From assembly GCF_001194135.2 (NCBI RefSeq), contig NC_068991.1, positions 10,893,417-10,947,205 on the forward strand: a stretch of 53,789 nucleotides of DNA. The letters run 5' to 3'. Below are positions 50,513 through 53,789 of this stretch, piece after piece. The translations under genes and the position numbers were made by a program. Each line of letters opens with the position of its first letter. Position 1 is the stretch's first letter. A model generated the notes under the pieces. It ran no database searches. It was not told where the DNA came from and was given only the letters and a program-made list of their open reading frames with translations. This DNA is from Octopus bimaculoides. Taxonomy: Eukaryota.

Positions 50513-51340
50513 TTATTATTGTTGTTGTTGTTGTTGTTTACTGCAGGCAGTTAAGATTGATTAAAGCTGTAATGACAAACGTTGAAGAGAAGAAGTCTCT
50601 GTTTTAATTTAATTTTTTATTTTATTTTTAGATAATGAAAAAGAATAACAAAGTAACTGCAATTGCTTAACAGACACTGTGTCTCTTTTCAAGCCAGTCT
50701 ATAAAATTAACTATTATTAATTAATTAACTAACTAACAGTTAATGCATTGCAATAGTAATTAAATATTTAATGCATTAAACGATTTGTGCAGATAATAGC
50801 AACTATTAGTATAATAGCGTCACAATAATACAGTGAGTCAACAAACGAGAAATCTGTGTCGTCAGTCGACATGCTAGAAACAACAGCCAAATAACAACCC
50901 CCATCGTCTTAAAATAGGAATGGTGGGGGCTAGACAGCAACGAACGACAACAGTGACATAAGGTGGGAGAGGTATATAGTCTCATGCGTTTCATTAAACT
51001 GCGACACTATATTGCTTTTGCTTCGGCATGGCCGCAGTTCAGCGACTGAAACCGGCGAATGAATATAAAGAGCCCCTAAACAAGTATTCCCTACGTCGTC
51101 ACCCAGTCTTCTAGAAACAGCAGTCAAATCTTCCTCGCGTCTGATTCTGTCATCTGAATAAAAGGAAAAACACACTGGGCAATGTAGTCCATGATATACA
51201 ATGCCAGAATAAAAATAAAGAATGGTTACGGTTACAATTCCTTGGATCTAAACTACAAAGAATACTTGAACAACATACGTATATGTGTGTGTGATTTTTA
51301 TACGCATGTATGTGAGTGTATATATATACACACACACTCA

Positions 51341-51603
51341 CGCGATGGGGTGCTGAAAAGTTCCTGGCTTGGGGAAAAAGAAAATACAGAAGGATCAGTT
51401 AATTATGGTTTTATTGAATCTTAAATTAAAAGATCCATTTTATTTATTATATTCCTCCTCTCAGATTCACATACTTATTGCAGCAATCCTCCAGTTTTTT
51501 CTAAGCTCTTGAAAAAAAAACAAAAAAAAAACGGAAGGTTGGGCCTCCAACCAGGCCTTTCGCAACATCCTTAAAACCTGGAACTTTTCGGCACCCCCTC
51601 GCG
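51341..51603. mobile_element. mariner-type MITE
   Basis: About 30-bp imperfect TIRs, CGCGATGGGGTGCTGAAAAGTTCCTGG / CCTGGAACTTTTCGGCACCCCCTCGCG, embedded in (CA)/(TA) repeats. Confidence 0.75.
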
Positions 51604-51632
51604 TGTGTATATACACACACACACACACACAC

Positions 51633-51670
<38 letters not shown>

Positions 51671-52049
51671 TCAAGCATGGTGATCAAATTCAAGATCGAA
51701 TGCGGAGAGATAAAAGGCCAGTTCGTCTGCAGACTTAACAACATGGTTGGTATCACAGGCGCCATGTGGCGGAAGGCTACCGTATGGGGATATTGGAAGT
51801 TAACCTCTAAGTGGTTGTCGATTAGGAGGCGCTGGTACTAGAAGGGGCGGTGTGATCAGGAGCAGTGCAAACTGGACATAACCTGGGGTTTGGATCAATT
51901 CCTGTCTGAGTCGCCCTTGGATGAGGATGTCCGATGTTGAAAAAATCGAAACAAGTAATGATTCCTGGATATGTCCTGGTTGGTGCCAGACAGGATGACA
52001 TACGGAAAAGCCAGACGTATAATAATGATGTATAAGTGCGTGGTATGTA

Positions 52050-52091
<42 letters not shown>

Positions 52092-52449
52092 GTGTGTGTG
52101 TGTATGTTTGTACTGGTGAGTGTATTTTCATATTTGTAGTGTGTGTTACGACTACAAAACTTAAGAAAATTGAGTACAAACAAACGAACGATTTTCATAG
52201 ACACGAAACACGGCTTTTTCTGGTTTACGCATCGAAATAAGTAGATCGGTTCATTAGCCTTCCTTATAACCCTATAACCCCAAACCGTCGAACCCCTTTC
52301 CCTAAAACCCCCTTAAGTTCCGATGCTAATCACCAAATAGAGGTCATTACATTTCTCGCATCTGGACATAGCACTCATTTACCTCATGCGAGAATTATAA
52401 GTGCGTGTGTGAAGAAAGCTCTGTATATTATCTCCCTTGATCCACATTG

Positions 52450-52790
52450 CATTCTCCTCTCTCTCTCTCTTCTCTCCCTCTCCCTCTCTCTGTCTGTCTG
52501 TCTCTCTCCGTCTGTCTATCTCTCTTATTACGTGTCTGTCTCTTTCTTTTCCCTCCTTACATATATCTCTCTCTCTTTCTCTTTCTTTTCCCCCTTATTA
52601 TATATATCTCTCTTTCTCTTTCATTACATTTCTCTCTCTTTCTTTCCCTCCCTTTCTTTTTCTCCCTCATTCTATATCTCTCTCTATCTCTTTTATTACA
52701 TCTCTTTCTAACCCTTTTTTCCTCGTCTCCCTATTTCTCCCTCACCTTTTCACTTTATATCTCTTACTTTCTCCCCCTCCCGCCTCTTGT
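52450..52790. repeat. CT-rich polypyrimidine low-complexity tract
   Basis: About 340 bp dominated by C/T on the + strand. Confidence 0.9.
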
Positions 52791-53337
52791 GTGTTTGCGC
52801 GCGCGTCTCTGTGTACGCGTGTGTGCGCGCGTGTGTGTGTGCATAAATATTTTGTACGGAGCTTCACGTACATGAAAATGTATGGATATCTGCGATTTTG
52901 TGTATGTTTGATTAACCCGTATCTACGACTATATATAAGTTTATGAGTGCCTGTGTATGTATGTGCATTTCTCTGTCTGTTTTTCTTTCTGTGTGTATAT
53001 GTGTGTGTATGTATCGATGTGTGCATGCATGTTTGTGTGTACATGGCACGTTGATTATCCGTGTTAGTGTGCAAAAGAGATTGTATCTGCACACAAATGT
53101 ATGTGTATGTGTGTGTGTGTGCGTATGACGAAGGCCAAATAAATGTTAAAGTTATGACACATCTTAACTATGACATAACACAATAGTAACATCATTGAAA
53201 GACAGGTGTTTGTTTTCTCCGCGTCTGTTAGTCACGTGATACGTCGTCTGCTCGTAATATTGGGTCACGTGATACACGGTCGTTTGATCTGTGTCACTCA
53301 TTCTCTCTCTCTATCTCCCTCTCTCTCTGTCTTGCTA

Positions 53338-53369
<32 letters not shown>

Positions 53370-53394
53370 ACTCACTCTCTCCCTCTCTGCATAA

Positions 53395-53475
53395 TTTCAA
53401 CTTAGAACGTAAAGGTGAATGAAATGCCGCAAAGCATGTTGCCCAGAATGCTAGATTCTGCCAGCTCGCCACTTT
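53395..53475 (-). mobile_element. Family C SINE head
   Basis: The reverse complement reads GTGGCGAGCTGGCAGAATCTAGCATTCTGGGCAACATGCTTTGCGGCATTTC...TACGTTCTAAGTTGAAATT. Confidence 0.7.
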
Positions 53476-53499
53476 TATAATGACGATAGTGTGCGTGTG

Positions 53500-53789
53500 T
53501 TGGCACTCTGTCGCTTACAACATCGCGGGTTCCAGTTGATCCGATCAACGGAACAGCCTGCTCGTGAAATTAACGTGCAAGTGGCTGAGCACTCCACAGA
53601 CACGTGTACCCTTAACGTAGTTCTCGGGGATATTCAGCGTGACACAGTGTGACAAGGCTGACCCTTCGAATTACAGGCACAAGAGAAACAGGAAGTAAGA
53701 GTGAGAGAAAGTTGTGGTGGAAGAGTACAGCAGGGTTCGCCACCATCCCCTGCCGGAGCCTCGTGGAGCTTTCGTTCAATAAACGATAT
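53500..53789 (-). mobile_element. Family E SINE-like repeat, may extend beyond the window
   Basis: High-complexity repeat GGGTTCCAGTTGATCCGATCAACGGAACAGCCTGCTCGTGAAATTAACGTGCAAG... A decayed opposite-strand homologue lies at about 45545-45685 (GTTAAGGTTACACGTGTG...CGTTAATATCAGGAGCAGG). Strand is assigned from my recollection of the family. Confidence 0.6.

Noticed and set aside
52265-52315. Telomere-like TAACCC/CCCTAA motifs
   Set aside because: Only 2-3 degenerate units, too short to call an interstitial telomeric array.
399-53394. The roughly 190 ORFs in the supplied track
   Set aside because: Almost all are translations of (TA)n, (CA)n or trinucleotide tracts, SINE bodies or N-runs ([12 protein letters not shown], poly-S/T/V/D, X). 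I recognised no protein domain.

Overview
Eukaryotic, AT-rich and extremely microsatellite-dense DNA from a draft assembly, with 13 N-gaps (about 3.7 kb), mostly flanked by simple repeats. The repeat families and the SSR load look like an octopus/coleoid cephalopod genome; this is my recollection of those repeats, not a database result. I find no protein-coding gene I can identify: the ORF track is essentially translated microsatellites, low-complexity tracts and N-runs. No rRNA, tRNA gene or CRISPR array is supported. The window is intronic or intergenic and is filled with several short retroposon families, which I label A-F for convenience because I cannot assign official names. It also holds DNA-transposon MITEs (a hAT-type copy with a perfect 8-bp TSD, mariner/Tc1-type copies and a piggyBac-like TTAA family), a decayed non-LTR RT remnant and several degenerate minisatellites. 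The most interesting signals are: (1) a CpG-depleted domain at about 3.6-19 kb with its own TE content, suggesting a germline-methylated transcription unit with no visible ORF; (2) a 38-bp minisatellite whose unit carries nuclear-receptor DR1/ER8 half-sites; (3) a motif-dense unique island enclosed by an inverted SINE pair; (4) a perfect 30-bp inverted repeat; (5) two frame-compatible candidate internal exons. All functional interpretations are hypotheses, and most repeat boundaries are approximate (about +/-20 bp).
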